NCBI GenBank assembly: GCA_913775595.1
Contig: CAJYLB010000001.1
Location: 248,001 to 312,000, forward strand
Direction: 5' to 3'
Length of the DNA: 64,000 bases
DNA from: an uncultured Aquiluna sp.
GTDB taxonomy: Bacteria > Actinomycetota > Actinomycetes > Actinomycetales > Microbacteriaceae
In this document: piece after piece, positions 27,191-37,483 of the stretch
Layout of the letters: each line of letters begins with the position of its first letter
Numbering within the stretch: position 1 is the stretch's first letter
Program-made: the position numbers and the translations under genes
The notes under the pieces: generated by a model
The model's input: the letters and a program-made list of their open reading frames with translations, nothing else
What the model was told of the DNA's origin: nothing
Databases searched by the model: none

Positions 27191-29752
27191 GTGGCGCTTC
27201 CACGCGTATACGACTTAGCAAAAGAACTTGGTATTGATACCAAGGTCGCTCTCGCAAAGCTTGAAGAGCTTGGCGAGTATGTAAAGGGTGGTTCCTCAAC
27301 CATCGCCCCACCGGTTGCCGCCAAGCTTCGCGCAGCTTTTCCAAAGAAGGAAAAGCCAGCCGAGAAGCCAAAGGCAGAGAAACCAAAGGCGGAGGCGAAG
27401 CCAGCAGCCGAGGTAAAGCAAGCAGAGGCAGAAAAGCCTGCTGAAAAGCCAGCGGAGAAGCCAGCGGAGAAGCCAACTCCGCTGCAGGGTATTCCGCGTC
27501 CAGGTAATAACCCCTTCTCATCGAACCAGGGCATGGGCATCCCAAGGCCAATGGCGAGACCGGGTAATAACCCCTTCTCCTCGAACCAGGGTATGGGGAG
27601 GCCGAGGCCACAAGGTGCTCCGGGACAGGGACAACGGCCAGGAGGCCCAAGACCGCAACAAGGCGGCGCTCCGCGTCCAGCCGGCGGTGGCAGGCCCGGT
27701 GGCGGCGGTAGACCAGGTGGCTTTGGCGGACCGGGGGGAGGCCCTGGAGGTCCTGGTGGCAGGCCAGGAGCATTCCCGGGTAGGCCAGGCCCAGGCGGCC
27801 GTGGCGGCCGTGGCGCAGGCACGGCAGGAGCTTTTGGTAAGGGCGGCTCAAAGAGCAAGTCGAGAAAGTCAAAGCGGACAAAGCGCGAGGAGTTTGAGCA
27901 GAGAGAGGCTCCGAGCCTAGGCGGCGCAATGGTGCCACGCGGCGACGGTACGACCGTTGTACGCATTCGTAGGGGAGCATCGATTCAGGACTTTGCAGAC
28001 AAGATTGGCGCCAACTCCGGCCAGCTAATTACCGTCCTGTTCCACCTTGGACAGATGGCGACCGCAACTGCTTCATTGGACGAAGACACCTTCCAGATCC
28101 TTGGTGAGGAGCTTGGTTATAAGGTCGAGCTGGTCTCGCCAGAGGATGAGGAGCGAGAGCTCTACGAAGGCTTCGGGTTGAGCATTTCAACCGACATCGA
28201 GGAAGAGGACTCGGAGAATCTGAGCCCAAGGCCACCGGTGGTCACCGTGATGGGTCACGTCGACCACGGTAAGACGAGAGTCCTGGATGCTATCCGTAAC
28301 TCAAACGTCGTCGAGGGCGAGGCTGGCGGCATTACCCAGCACATTGGTGCCTACCAGGTGCACGCAATGCACGAGGGTGTTGACCGCGCGATTACCTTTA
28401 TCGATACCCCTGGTCACGAAGCCTTCACCGCAATGCGTGCCCGCGGTACGCAGGTGACCGATATTGCGATTCTCGTGGTTGCAGCCGATGACGGTGTTAT
28501 GCCTCAGACCATCGAGGCGCTAAACCACGCCCAGGCTGCTCAGGTCCCCATCGTGGTTGCCATCAACAAAATTGACAAGGAAGGTGCAAACCCGAACAAG
28601 GTGCGCCAGCAGCTAACTGAGTTTGGGCTCGTTGCCGAGGAGTTTGGTGGCGATGTGATGTTCGTCGAGGTCTCTGCTTTGAAGAACATGGGTATGGACA
28701 AGCTGCTCGATGCGGTGCTTCTGACTGCAGATGCAGCCCTCGACCTTCGCGCGAACCCTGATCGCTCTGCAAGGGGAGTGGCTATTGAAGCCAACCTGGA
28801 CAAGGGAAGAGGTTCGGTTGCAACCGTGCTCATTCAGTCCGGAACCTTGGCAGTCGGAGATGCAATTGTTGCCGGAAGTGCTCACGGACGAGTGCGTGCG
28901 ATGTTTGACGAGAACGGAAAGCCCGTGGAGGCGGCAGAGCCATCCAGACCGGTTCAGGTTTTGGGTTTGCAATCTGTGCCAAGAGCCGGTGACACCTTTG
29001 TGGTGGCCGATGACGAGCGTCAGGCCAGACAAATTGCTGAAAAGCGCGAGGCTGCTGACCGTAATGCACTGCTTGCCAGGACCCGCAAGAAGCTCTCGCT
29101 CGAGGACTTCACAAAGGCTCTCGAGGATGGCAAGGTCGAGTCCCTCAACCTCATCATCAAGGGTGATGTCTCCGGTGCTGTTGAAGCGCTTGAGGACAGC
29201 CTGCTGAAGATTGAGGTAGATGACTCTGTCCAGCTGCGCATCATCCACCGAGGCGTTGGTGCCATTACCGAGTCCGATGTCAACTTGGCTACGGTCGACT
29301 CCGCGGTCATCATTGGGTTCAATGTTCGCCCGGATAACAAGGCCAAGGAGCGTGCGGATCGCGAGGGTGTCGATGTTCGTCACTACACCGTCATCTACAA
29401 CGCTCTCGAGGACATCGAGAACTCCCTCAAGGGCATGCTCAAGCCTGAGTACGAAGAGAAGCAGATGGGTACGGCAGAGGTCCGCGAGATCTTCAAGTCC
29501 TCCAAGTTCGGCACCATTGCAGGTTCCTACGTCCGCTCGGGCCTTATCAAGCGAAATGCGCTTGCCAGGGTGCTTCGCGATGGCGAGATGATCGAGGAAG
29601 GCCTGAAGGTCGAGTCCCTGAAGCGGTTCAAAGATGACGTCACCGAGGTGAAGAGCGATTATGAGTGTGGTATCGGTCTAGGCGAGTTCAAAGACATCCA
29701 GGTTGACGACGTCATCGAGACCTACGAGATGGTTGAGAAGCCGAGGGTCTAG
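27191..29752 (+). CDS. infB: Translation initiation factor IF-2
   Basis: [11 protein letters not shown]-terminus at GTG 27191 after [25 protein letters not shown]-domain motifs; ECGIG C-terminus. Confidence 0.99.
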   Translation: MALPRVYDLAKELGIDTKVALAKLEELGEYVKGGSSTIAPPVAAKLRAAFPKKEKPAEKPKAEKPKAEAKPAAEVKQAEAEKPAEKPAEKPAEKPTPLQGIPRPGNNPFSSNQGMGIPRPMARPGNNPFSSNQGMGRPRPQGAPGQGQRPGGPRPQQGGAPRPAGGGRPGGGGRPGGFGGPGGGPGGPGGRPGAFPGRPGPGGRGGRGAGTAGAFGKGGSKSKSRKSKRTKREEFEQREAPSLGGAMVPRGDGTTVVRIRRGASIQDFADKIGANSGQLITVLFHLGQMATATASLDEDTFQILGEELGYKVELVSPEDEERELYEGFGLSISTDIEEEDSENLSPRPPVVTVMGHVDHGKTRVLDAIRNSNVVEGEAGGITQHIGAYQVHAMHEGVDRAITFIDTPGHEAFTAMRARGTQVTDIAILVVAADDGVMPQTIEALNHAQAAQVPIVVAINKIDKEGANPNKVRQQLTEFGLVAEEFGGDVMFVEVSALKNMGMDKLLDAVLLTADAALDLRANPDRSARGVAIEANLDKGRGSVATVLIQSGTLAVGDAIVAGSAHGRVRAMFDENGKPVEAAEPSRPVQVLGLQSVPRAGDTFVVADDERQARQIAEKREAADRNALLARTRKKLSLEDFTKALEDGKVESLNLIIKGDVSGAVEALEDSLLKIEVDDSVQLRIIHRGVGAITESDVNLATVDSAVIIGFNVRPDNKAKERADREGVDVRHYTVIYNALEDIENSLKGMLKPEYEEKQMGTAEVREIFKSSKFGTIAGSYVRSGLIKRNALARVLRDGEMIEEGLKVESLKRFKDDVTEVKSDYECGIGLGEFKDIQVDDVIETYEMVEKPRV
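27500..27598 (+). repeat. Two 60-bp-period copies encoding [13 protein letters not shown] in the IF2 low-complexity linker
   Basis: ccaggtaataaccccttctcatcgaaccagggcatgggc (27500) versus ccgggtaataaccccttctcctcgaaccagggtatgggg (27560); preceded by EKPA repeats. Confidence 0.9.
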
Positions 29753-30177
29753 TGGCAGATGCAGCAAGAGCTAGGAGGCTCGGCGAGCGCATAAAGGTGC
29801 TCGCCGCGCAAGCCCTTGCCAAAGTTGTCAAAGACCCCGACCTGGGATTTGTAACCTTCACTGATTGCAGGGTGACACCAGATTTGGCTCATGCCAAGCT
29901 CTTCTACACCGTCTATGGCTCTCCCGAGGAGGTGGAGCGCAGTGCGGAAATCCTGGAGGAGAATCGCGGCAGGCTTCGAGGGGAGATTGGTCACCAGCTA
30001 GGTATTCGGGTGACACCGACCCTAGAGCTTGAGAAGGACGAGATTCCTGAGAACGCTGGTCAACTTGCCGAGCTACTCGCAGAGGCAAAGCGCCGTGACG
30101 AGGAGCTCGAGAGGCTCGCCAGCAAGGCTAAGCCGGCGGGAGACGCAGACCCCTACCGCAAGCCCCAGGAGGACTAG
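29752..30177 (+). CDS. rbfA: Ribosome-binding factor A
   Basis: VKDPDLGFVTFTDCRVTPDLAHAKLFY, IRVTPTL; follows infB. Confidence 0.95.
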   Translation: MADAARARRLGERIKVLAAQALAKVVKDPDLGFVTFTDCRVTPDLAHAKLFYTVYGSPEEVERSAEILEENRGRLRGEIGHQLGIRVTPTLELEKDEIPENAGQLAELLAEAKRRDEELERLASKAKPAGDADPYRKPQED

Positions 30178-31037
30178 TGGTTTCGGGTATTGCCCTGATT
30201 GACAAGCAGCAGGGTTTCACCTCTCATGATGCGGTAGCGAAACTTAGAAAGCAGCTTGGTACCCGCAAGATAGGCCATGCAGGGACCCTGGACCCTATGG
30301 CCACCGGACTTTTGGTCATGGGGATAAATTCAGGGACCAAGCTGATGCAGTTCCTGTCTGGGCTCGATAAGACCTACACCGCGACCATTCGGCTTGGAGC
30401 CGCAACCTCAACAGACGATGCCGAGGGTGAGCTGGGCGAGGTAGTCAACGCAAGCTCTATTTCTGCCGCTGACATTGAGGCGGAGCTGTCCAAGCTACGT
30501 GGCGAGATCGAGCAGGTGCCGTCAACGGTTAGCGCGATCAAGGTAGATGGGAAGCGCGCCTACGACCTCGCCAGAGCCGGGGAGGATGTGGTCCTCAAAT
30601 CTAGAGCGGTGACGGTCTCGAAGTTTGAACTGGTTGCATCCCCTCGAGTAGAGGGCAGCTTTCTGGACCTAGACGTAGTGGTGGATTGCTCCTCTGGCAC
30701 ATACATCAGAGCCTTGGCTAGGGACCTGGGTAGTGCGCTTGGGGTGGGAGGGCATCTCACAGCCCTTCGCAGAACCCGCATCGGACCTTTCAGCACTGAA
30801 AGCGCTAGCCCTGTTGACCAAGCTAAAGCGCTTATTTCAAACCTAGAGGTGCTGCGGCTACTCATGCCAGAGATTGAGATCACTGCTGAGCAGGAGCGGG
30901 ACCTACGGCACGGCAAAAGGCTTGATATTGCAATCGAAAAGACAAGCTGCGCCGTGTGCTTTGGGAGGCTGGTGGCGGTGATCGAGCCATTTGGCTCACA
31001 GGCAAAGAGCTCCATTGTCTTCCCAGAGGAGGCTTAG
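30177..31037 (+). CDS. truB: tRNA pseudouridine(55) synthase
   Basis: DKQQGFTSHDAV, GHAGTLDPMATG, SAIKVDGKRAY, CSSGTYIRALARDLG. Confidence 0.97.
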   Translation: MVSGIALIDKQQGFTSHDAVAKLRKQLGTRKIGHAGTLDPMATGLLVMGINSGTKLMQFLSGLDKTYTATIRLGAATSTDDAEGELGEVVNASSISAADIEAELSKLRGEIEQVPSTVSAIKVDGKRAYDLARAGEDVVLKSRAVTVSKFELVASPRVEGSFLDLDVVVDCSSGTYIRALARDLGSALGVGGHLTALRRTRIGPFSTESASPVDQAKALISNLEVLRLLMPEIEITAEQERDLRHGKRLDIAIEKTSCAVCFGRLVAVIEPFGSQAKSSIVFPEEA

Positions 31038-31412
31038 ATGCTGGAGCCGCTTTACTACATTTTGCTTTTACTCAGCCTCTTGGTGGGTGGAATCCAGCTA
31101 CTGCTCGGCTTTTTTGGGAGGAAACCCGGGCAGCCGGAGATCATGATGTCGCTTGCGGTATTTGCTGGGCTGTCGGTGCAGCTCTTGGTCTCCACGATCA
31201 TCGTTATTGCCGGTGAACGAGCTGCAATCTCCACACTTGAGTTCTTTGGGTATCTCCTGGTCGCGATGATCCTTATGTTTGCAGCGGGCTTTTGGGCACT
31301 GGCAGAAAAAACCAAGTGGTCAACCGTTGTGCTTGGTGCTGCATCGCTAACTGTGGCGGTGATGCTGGTGCGTATGCTCCAGATTTGGACGGGCGTGAGC
31401 CCTACCCTTTAG
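31038..31412 (+). CDS. Small integral membrane protein, function unknown
   Basis: 124 aa, about four hydrophobic segments; abuts the truB stop. Confidence 0.7.
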   Translation: MLEPLYYILLLLSLLVGGIQLLLGFFGRKPGQPEIMMSLAVFAGLSVQLLVSTIIVIAGERAAISTLEFFGYLLVAMILMFAAGFWALAEKTKWSTVVLGAASLTVAVMLVRMLQIWTGVSPTL

Positions 31413-31417
31413 GGCTC
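31397..31417 (+). terminator. 8-bp hairpin without U tract at gene end (possible terminator or processing stem)
   Basis: GAGCCCTA-CCCTT-TAGGGCTC spanning the stop codon at 31410-31412. Confidence 0.3.
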
Positions 31418-31434
31418 GAGAATAGAGTTATCGC

Positions 31435-31818
31435 GTGAATCGTTCACTTGGAGTCGGCAGGCTGCTAATTGCCGTCTATGGCATTTTTGCTCTTTCCGCA
31501 TCGGCCAGAGCACTGTTTCAAATTGCAACCAAGTTTGAAGAGGCCCCAGTTGCCTACTCACTTTCGGCTCTGAGCGCACTGGTCTACGTCTTTGCCACTT
31601 TTGCTCTAGCAAAGCCTGGACCCGTTTGGCACAATCGGGCAACATTCGCCGTTTGGTTTGAGCTAGTTGGGGTTTTGAGTGTTGGAGGGTTATCGCTGGT
31701 GCTACCAGATCTTTTTGACCACCCCTCTGTTTGGTCGGGGTTTGGTGCAGGTTATGGGTTCATTCCGCTGGTGCTGCCGGTATTGGGCCTAATCTGGCTT
31801 CGGAGGCAAAGTGCTTGA
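31435..31818 (+). CDS. Small integral membrane protein, function unknown
   Basis: 127 aa, hydrophobic; ELVGVLSVG and VWSGFGAGYGFIPLVLP motifs; TAGAGT-N6-GTG start. Confidence 0.75.
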   Translation: MNRSLGVGRLLIAVYGIFALSASARALFQIATKFEEAPVAYSLSALSALVYVFATFALAKPGPVWHNRATFAVWFELVGVLSVGGLSLVLPDLFDHPSVWSGFGAGYGFIPLVLPVLGLIWLRRQSA

Positions 31819-32728
31819 GATAACTGAGTTACCAGATGGCTTTGCCGACACCGCTCTAGCGATTGGCAAGTTTGACGGTGTTCACCTTGGTCACCAGCAA
31901 CTAATTCATGAGCTGGTATCGCACGCCGAGGAGCACGCCCTCGCTCCGGTAGTGGTGACATTCGATCGGCACCCGAACCATGTGCTGAGTCCCGAGAATG
32001 TGCCGCTGCCAATTATTGGACCCACTCAAAAAGCCAAATTAATTGCAGAGTTAGGGGTCGAGGCTATGCGCACGCTTGAATTTGACGAGGAGCTCGCCCA
32101 CCTCACACCCGAGGAGTTCGTGGTCAGGCATATCGTTCCACTGCGAGCCAAGCTGGTGCTGGTTGGAGAGGGCTTCCGCTTTGGCCACAAGGGCTCTGGT
32201 TCGGTTGAGACCTTGAGTGAGCTCGGGGGCAGGTATGGCTTCCGTGCCCAGCAAGTCAGCCACGTCATGCTCGAGGGTCAAAAGATCTCATCCACTGCGA
32301 CCAGAAAGCTGATTTCTGAGGGCAATGTTCTAGCTGCCAGCATTTTGCTTGGTAGAAACCACCAGACCGAGGGTGTCGTGGAGCACGGCCGCAAGCTCGG
32401 TCGCAAGCTTGGCTACCCAACCGCTAACCTCTCGCGAGACAGCGAGGGGCTCCTGCCCGCTGACGGGGTTTATGCCGGCTACCTTTACGCTGATGGAGTG
32501 CGCTACGAGGCGGCCCACTCGGTTGGAACCAATGATTCGATTGAGGCTGTACCCAGGCTCCTCGAGTCCCATGTAATTGGCCGAGATGACCTTGACCTAT
32601 ACGGCAAGACCGTGATCTGCGAATACTTAGATCAGGTCCGACCCTGGGCTAAGTTTGACTCGGTCGATGAGCTGACTGAGCAGATATCAAGGGATGTTGC
32701 TGGAGCAAAGAATATTCTTGCGGGTTAG
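31811..32728 (+). CDS. ribF: Bifunctional riboflavin kinase/FAD synthetase
   Basis: IGKFDGVHLGHQ, TFDRHP, ISST, GRKLGYPTAN, PADGVYAG. Confidence 0.96.
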   Translation: MLEITELPDGFADTALAIGKFDGVHLGHQQLIHELVSHAEEHALAPVVVTFDRHPNHVLSPENVPLPIIGPTQKAKLIAELGVEAMRTLEFDEELAHLTPEEFVVRHIVPLRAKLVLVGEGFRFGHKGSGSVETLSELGGRYGFRAQQVSHVMLEGQKISSTATRKLISEGNVLAASILLGRNHQTEGVVEHGRKLGRKLGYPTANLSRDSEGLLPADGVYAGYLYADGVRYEAAHSVGTNDSIEAVPRLLESHVIGRDDLDLYGKTVICEYLDQVRPWAKFDSVDELTEQISRDVAGAKNILAG

Positions 32729-32737
32729 GCTCGAGGC

Positions 32738-33307
32738 ATGAGTTTTGTTGGCGCCATCCAGAGTGGATTTAAGAACTACTTCAATTTTAAAGGCAAGGCA
32801 TCTAGACGAGAGTTTTGGTTCTGGATTCTCTTTACCGTGCTTCTTGGCCTTGTTGTGGGAACCATCGAGTCCATGATCTGGCCAGCCCCAGAGCAGACCG
32901 CTGACTGGATGCAGGAGATACAAAACGTTGCTGCTCAGCCAACTCCGCTAAGTAATTTCCTGTCGTTTGCACTTTTGATTCCGAACCTCTCGATACTGGC
33001 TCGCAGGCTGCACGATGCAGGATTTTCAGCGAAGTGGATATTTCTGCAGGCAGTACCAATTGGCTATGGCATCTTCGCCGGCATCGGCGCAGTTGCTGTT
33101 TTGAGCGAGGTTCCCGTGGGAGCAATGCTCAGCTCGGAGCAGCTGATGTCACTAATTTTCTTGGTGCTGCCGATATTCGCTCTTTTCTTGGCGGTGATGG
33201 TGGTTTTCATAATCATGACTCTTAGGCCGTCTAAGAGCTTCTACGACGGCAACAAATATGTGGAGCCTGAGCCACTCGACTCCTCTAGCGAGGGCACTAC
33301 CGCCTAG
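32738..33307 (+). CDS. DUF805 family membrane protein
   Basis: NYFNFKGKASRREFWFW and RRLHDAGFS motifs. Confidence 0.88.
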   Translation: MSFVGAIQSGFKNYFNFKGKASRREFWFWILFTVLLGLVVGTIESMIWPAPEQTADWMQEIQNVAAQPTPLSNFLSFALLIPNLSILARRLHDAGFSAKWIFLQAVPIGYGIFAGIGAVAVLSEVPVGAMLSSEQLMSLIFLVLPIFALFLAVMVVFIIMTLRPSKSFYDGNKYVEPEPLDSSSEGTTA

Positions 33308-33339
33308 CTTTTTCCGGGCTTTATCTCTAAGCTTTAGCT

Positions 33340-33423
33340 TCTGCCGTATATCGGCCGCGGATAAAGAGAGCTTCATTCAAAAGGTTTGAGGCGCCGCGCT
33401 GCGGAAAGAGAGAGGACCCAAAA
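33340..33423 (+). promoter_or_regulatory. Structured rpsO leader (candidate S15 autoregulatory RNA)
   Basis: TAAGCT -10 at 33328-33333; complementary segments CCGTA..CGCGG / CCGCG..TGCGG flank an inner stem, directly before SD GAGGA. Confidence 0.55.
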
Positions 33424-33693
33424 GTGGCTCTAGACCCACAGGTAAAGAAACAAATCATTGACGAGTATGCAACCGGCCCCGGAGACACCGGAAGCCCAGA
33501 GGTACAGATTGCGGTCCTTTCGCGCCGCATCTCAGATCTCACCGAGCACCTAAAGGAGCACCACCACGACCACCACTCACGTCGTGGACTACTGCTATTG
33601 GTAGGTCAGCGCAGGCGTCTGCTTGACTACCTAAAGAAGGTCGACATCGCTCGCTACAGAACGTTGATCGAGCGCATCGGACTTCGTCGCTGA
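33424..33693 (+). CDS. rpsO: 30S ribosomal protein S15
   Basis: [33 protein letters not shown]. Confidence 0.99.
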   Translation: MALDPQVKKQIIDEYATGPGDTGSPEVQIAVLSRRISDLTEHLKEHHHDHHSRRGLLLLVGQRRRLLDYLKKVDIARYRTLIERIGLRR

Positions 33694-33707
33694 TTTGACT
33701 TCCAATT

Positions 33708-33734
33708 ACCCCCGGCAAACCGCCGGGGGTTTTT
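33708..33734 (+). terminator. Intrinsic terminator after rpsO
   Basis: ACCCCCGGC-AAACC-GCCGGGGGT followed by TTTT. Confidence 0.85.
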
Positions 33735-33790
33735 GCTTCTAGGCATTTCCGCGCCAACTTGTTACGCTTGAGGCACGGAGGAAACCGGAG

Positions 33791-33849
33791 GCGGGTCCTC
33801 GGTGGAAGATTTTGGGTCACGGCCCCAGGGTTTTTTACTGACGACCAGC
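33791..33849 (+). ncRNA. Actino-pnp-like cis-regulatory RNA in the pnp 5' leader
   Basis: GGTCCTCGGT...ACTGACGACC long imperfect stem upstream of pnp, resembling the Actino-pnp motif as I recall it; not scored against a covariance model. Confidence 0.7.
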
Positions 33850-33930
33850 ACTTCCTCCTCCTAGCACGCATGCTTGAAGCCGAATTGGCTTCTTGCTTGA
33901 TTTGCGTGCGCGTAAGGATAAGGAGGGGCC

Positions 33931-36156
33931 ATGGAAGGCCCAGAGATTAAATTCGCAGAAGCCGTGATTGATAACGGCAAATTCGGAAAGCGCACAATTC
34001 GCTTTGAGGCTGGGCGCCTAGCCCAGCAGGCAGCTGGAAGTGCTGCCGTCTATATCGACGAGGAGACCATGCTCTTCTCGGCAACCACTGCCTCGAAGCA
34101 GCCAAAAGACCAGTTCGACTTCTTCCCTCTGACAATCGATGTCGAAGAGCGCATGTATGCAGCTGGAAAGATCCCTGGAAGCTTTTTCCGAAGGGAGGGA
34201 CGTCCATCTACCGAGGCCATCCTGGCCGCTAGGTTGATTGACCGCCCGCTACGCCCATCCTTTGTTGATGGTCTTCGTAATGAGATTCAGGTAGTCGTCA
34301 CGGTTATGTCGATTGCTCCAGATGAGCTATACGACGTCGTGGCAATCAACGCAGCTTCGATGTCGACCCAGCTTGCAGGACTGCCATTCTCTGGTCCGGT
34401 TGCAGGTGTACGAGTTGCACTGATCGATGGTCAGTGGGTTGCATTCCCCAAGCACTCTGAGCTTGAGAATGCAGTGTTTGACATGGTGGTCGCTGGAAGG
34501 GTTATCAGCGAGGGCGGCAAGGAAGACGTCGCGATCATGATGGTTGAGGCAGAGGCCACCGACAACAGCTGGGACCTAATCGGTGCTGGCGCTGTTTCTC
34601 CAACAGAGGAGGTCGTCGCCGAGGGTCTTGAGGCCGCAAAGCCATTCATCAAGGCACTGGTCGAGGCACAAAACAAGCTAGCTTCCCAGGCCGCAAAGGA
34701 AACCGCTGAGTACCCAGTCTTCCTGCCTTACTCAGACGAGGTCTATGAGGCAGTTGCCGCTGAATGTGGCGAGGAGTTGGCAAAGGTTTACCAGATTGCC
34801 GACAAGCAGGAGCGCCAGGTTGCTGACGATGAGCTAAAGGCAAAGGTTCGTGAGAGCCTCGAGGCGAAGCTCTCAGAGGAGCACATGGCCCAGTTCTCGG
34901 CTGCTTACAAGGCAGTCTCAAAGAAGGTAATGCGCACGAGAGTGCTCAAGGAAGGTATCCGCATTGACGGCCGCGGTCTAAGCGACATCCGCGTAATCGA
35001 TGCTGAGGTTGCTGTAATTCCTCGCACCCACGGCTCTGCAATTTTCCAGCGTGGAGAGACCCAGATTCTTGGTGTCACCACCTTGAACATGCTCAAGATG
35101 GAGCAGCAGATTGATGCGCTCACTCCCGAGACGTCAAAGCGCTACATGCACCACTACAACTTCCCTCCCTACTCAACCGGAGAGACTGGTCGGGTCGGTT
35201 CGCCAAAGCGTCGTGAGATTGGTCACGGAGCCCTTGCTGAGCGAGCCCTGGTTCCAGTCCTGCCCTCGCGCGACGAGTTCCCATATGCGATCCGCCAGGT
35301 CTCAGAGGCACTGGGTTCAAACGGCTCAACTTCGATGGGTAGTGTGTGTGCCTCAACGCTGAGCCTCCTAAACGCGGGAGTGCCTTTGCGTGCTCCGGTT
35401 GCGGGTATTGCCATGGGTCTAATCTCTGACACCGTTGACGGTAAGACTCAGTATGCGGCTCTTACCGACATTCTTGGAGCCGAGGACGCACTTGGTGACA
35501 TGGACTTCAAGGTCGCAGGAACCAGAAACTTCGTGACCGCAATCCAGCTGGACACCAAGCTTGACGGTATCCCATCTGCAGAGCTTGCTAAGGCCCTAAC
35601 TCAGGCCAAGGAGGCAAGACTCTTCATTCTTGATGTGATGAACGAGGCAATCGACGAGCCAGACGAGATGTCTGTCTACGCACCTAGGGTTATCGCGGTG
35701 AAGATTCCAGTTGACAAGATCGGTGAGGTTATCGGTCCAAAGGGCAAGATGATCAATCAGATTCAGGAAGACACAGGAGCCGACATCTCAATTGAAGACG
35801 ACGGCACTGTCTACATCGGTGCAACTGACGGCACAAGCGCCGACGCTGCAAAGGCTGCTATCAATGCAATCGCCAACCCTCACGTCCCTGAGGTAGGGGA
35901 GCGGTTCCTTGGAACGGTTGTCAAGTTGGCAACCTTCGGAGCCTTCGTATCGCTCTTGCCTGGCAAGGACGGCCTGCTTCACGTTTCCGAGCTCAAGAAG
36001 CTATCGGGCGGCAAGCGAGTTGAGAACGTCGAGGATGTCTTGGAGGTTGGCCAGAAGATTCTGGTTGAGCTGACCAAGGTTGATGACCGCGGCAAGCTCT
36101 CGCTCTCGCCTGTAATTGAGGGCGAGGACGGAGCCTCCGAGGAAGATTCCGAGTAG
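33931..36156 (+). CDS. pnp: Polyribonucleotide nucleotidyltransferase (PNPase)
   Basis: [40 protein letters not shown] and S1 domains. Confidence 0.99.
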   Translation: MEGPEIKFAEAVIDNGKFGKRTIRFEAGRLAQQAAGSAAVYIDEETMLFSATTASKQPKDQFDFFPLTIDVEERMYAAGKIPGSFFRREGRPSTEAILAARLIDRPLRPSFVDGLRNEIQVVVTVMSIAPDELYDVVAINAASMSTQLAGLPFSGPVAGVRVALIDGQWVAFPKHSELENAVFDMVVAGRVISEGGKEDVAIMMVEAEATDNSWDLIGAGAVSPTEEVVAEGLEAAKPFIKALVEAQNKLASQAAKETAEYPVFLPYSDEVYEAVAAECGEELAKVYQIADKQERQVADDELKAKVRESLEAKLSEEHMAQFSAAYKAVSKKVMRTRVLKEGIRIDGRGLSDIRVIDAEVAVIPRTHGSAIFQRGETQILGVTTLNMLKMEQQIDALTPETSKRYMHHYNFPPYSTGETGRVGSPKRREIGHGALAERALVPVLPSRDEFPYAIRQVSEALGSNGSTSMGSVCASTLSLLNAGVPLRAPVAGIAMGLISDTVDGKTQYAALTDILGAEDALGDMDFKVAGTRNFVTAIQLDTKLDGIPSAELAKALTQAKEARLFILDVMNEAIDEPDEMSVYAPRVIAVKIPVDKIGEVIGPKGKMINQIQEDTGADISIEDDGTVYIGATDGTSADAAKAAINAIANPHVPEVGERFLGTVVKLATFGAFVSLLPGKDGLLHVSELKKLSGGKRVENVEDVLEVGQKILVELTKVDDRGKLSLSPVIEGEDGASEEDSE

Positions 36157-36159
36157 TTA

Positions 36160-37470
36160 TTGGAACTAAAGCTAGATAGCTCAGTCGAATTCACCGCTGA
36201 GGCATCAAGGATCTCTAGAACCTTGCTGCCCAGCGGTGTTCGCATTCTTAGCGAGGAGGTGCCCTCGGCACCTTCGGTTGCGATTGCGGCCTCGCTAGGG
36301 GTCGGCTCGCGCGATGAGACGGATGATCACCTCGGCTCCACCCATTTCTTAGAGCACCTGTTGTTCAAGGGAACTGCAAGGCGTAGCGCGCGAGAAATTT
36401 CGGTTGCCTTTGACTCGGTGGGAGGCTCATCAAACGCAGCCACAGCAAAGGAGTACACCAGCTACTACGCGAGAGTCCAAAGCGCGGCGATGCCGCTTGC
36501 CATGGATGTCATTCTGGACATGTTCACCGCGGCAAAGTTAGACAGCAAAGATTTCGAAACCGAGCGCACGGTGATCCTCGAAGAGCTCGCAATGAATGAG
36601 GACGACCCCGAGGATGTCGCACACGAAGCCTTTGCCGATGCACTCATGCCGAACACGGCGCTTGGAAGACCAATCGGCGGCAGTCCAGAGAGCATCAAGG
36701 CGGTGACTCGCGATCGCGTCTTTGAGCACTATCTCGAAAACTACACTCCAGGGGCTCTGATTATCACGGCTGCAGGGGGCGTGAATCATGAAGAGCTAGT
36801 TGAGCTAGTGACTAAGCAGCTTGATTCTGTGGGGTGGTCAACGCCGGGAGCACCACTGGCCAGAAGACAGCAAGAGCCTGCGCAACTACCAGACCCAGAG
36901 CCCCTCAGGCTCATTACTAAGGACGTGCAGCAGGCAAACGTGCTCTTGGGTCACCAGAGCCTCCATGCTCTCGACGACAGGCGCTACGCGCTTGGAATCA
37001 TGAACACTATTTTGGGTGGTGGGATGTCTTCCCGGCTCTACCAGGAGATTCGTGAGGACAGGGGGCTGGCCTACTCGACCTACTCCTATCAACATGGCTA
37101 CTCAGACGCAGGCTTCTTTGGGATGTATGCGGGGTGTAGTCCCGAGAATGCTTCGGCGGTGGTCGACCTGATGCGTCAGGGACTTGACGGTATTGCTCAA
37201 TCTGGTGTTACTGACCATGAATTTGAGTTGGCGCTCGGAAACATCACCGGAGGCCTCGCGCTGCGATTCGAGGGAACCATTTCTCGCATGAACCGCCTAA
37301 TGGGTGCGGAGCTTGGAAGTGGCGAGTGGCTGAGCGTTGGTGAAGTGCTGGAGCGCTTCCGCGCTGTCACCAAGGAAGAGGTTCAAGAGGTTGCGCAACT
37401 GATCAGCTCAAAACCCTCAACACTGGTAGCCGTGGGAAGTTCCCTTGGGCAGCTCGAGAAGAGAGCTTGA
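36160..37470 (+). CDS. M16 (pitrilysin) family zinc peptidase
   Basis: Inverted zinc motif HFLEHLLFKGT, GGGMSSRLYQEIRE; usual pnp neighbour. Confidence 0.93.
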   Translation: MELKLDSSVEFTAEASRISRTLLPSGVRILSEEVPSAPSVAIAASLGVGSRDETDDHLGSTHFLEHLLFKGTARRSAREISVAFDSVGGSSNAATAKEYTSYYARVQSAAMPLAMDVILDMFTAAKLDSKDFETERTVILEELAMNEDDPEDVAHEAFADALMPNTALGRPIGGSPESIKAVTRDRVFEHYLENYTPGALIITAAGGVNHEELVELVTKQLDSVGWSTPGAPLARRQQEPAQLPDPEPLRLITKDVQQANVLLGHQSLHALDDRRYALGIMNTILGGGMSSRLYQEIREDRGLAYSTYSYQHGYSDAGFFGMYAGCSPENASAVVDLMRQGLDGIAQSGVTDHEFELALGNITGGLALRFEGTISRMNRLMGAELGSGEWLSVGEVLERFRAVTKEEVQEVAQLISSKPSTLVAVGSSLGQLEKRA

Positions 37471-37483
37471 TAGGTTTAGCACC

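Noticed and set aside
27075..27980. Long minus-strand ORFs (301 aa and 275 aa) opposite infB
   Set aside because: Shadows of the GC-rich, low-complexity Pro/Gly IF2 linker; no SD, promoter or protein motif
28613..29383. 256-aa antisense ORF in infB, and similar antisense ORFs across atpD, proS, pnp, thyX and rnj
   Set aside because: Expected from codon bias on the coding strand; fully nested in conserved genes
33759..33950. 63-aa ORF in the pnp leader
   Set aside because: Its start lies upstream of the likely -10 box; the region is better explained as structured RNA
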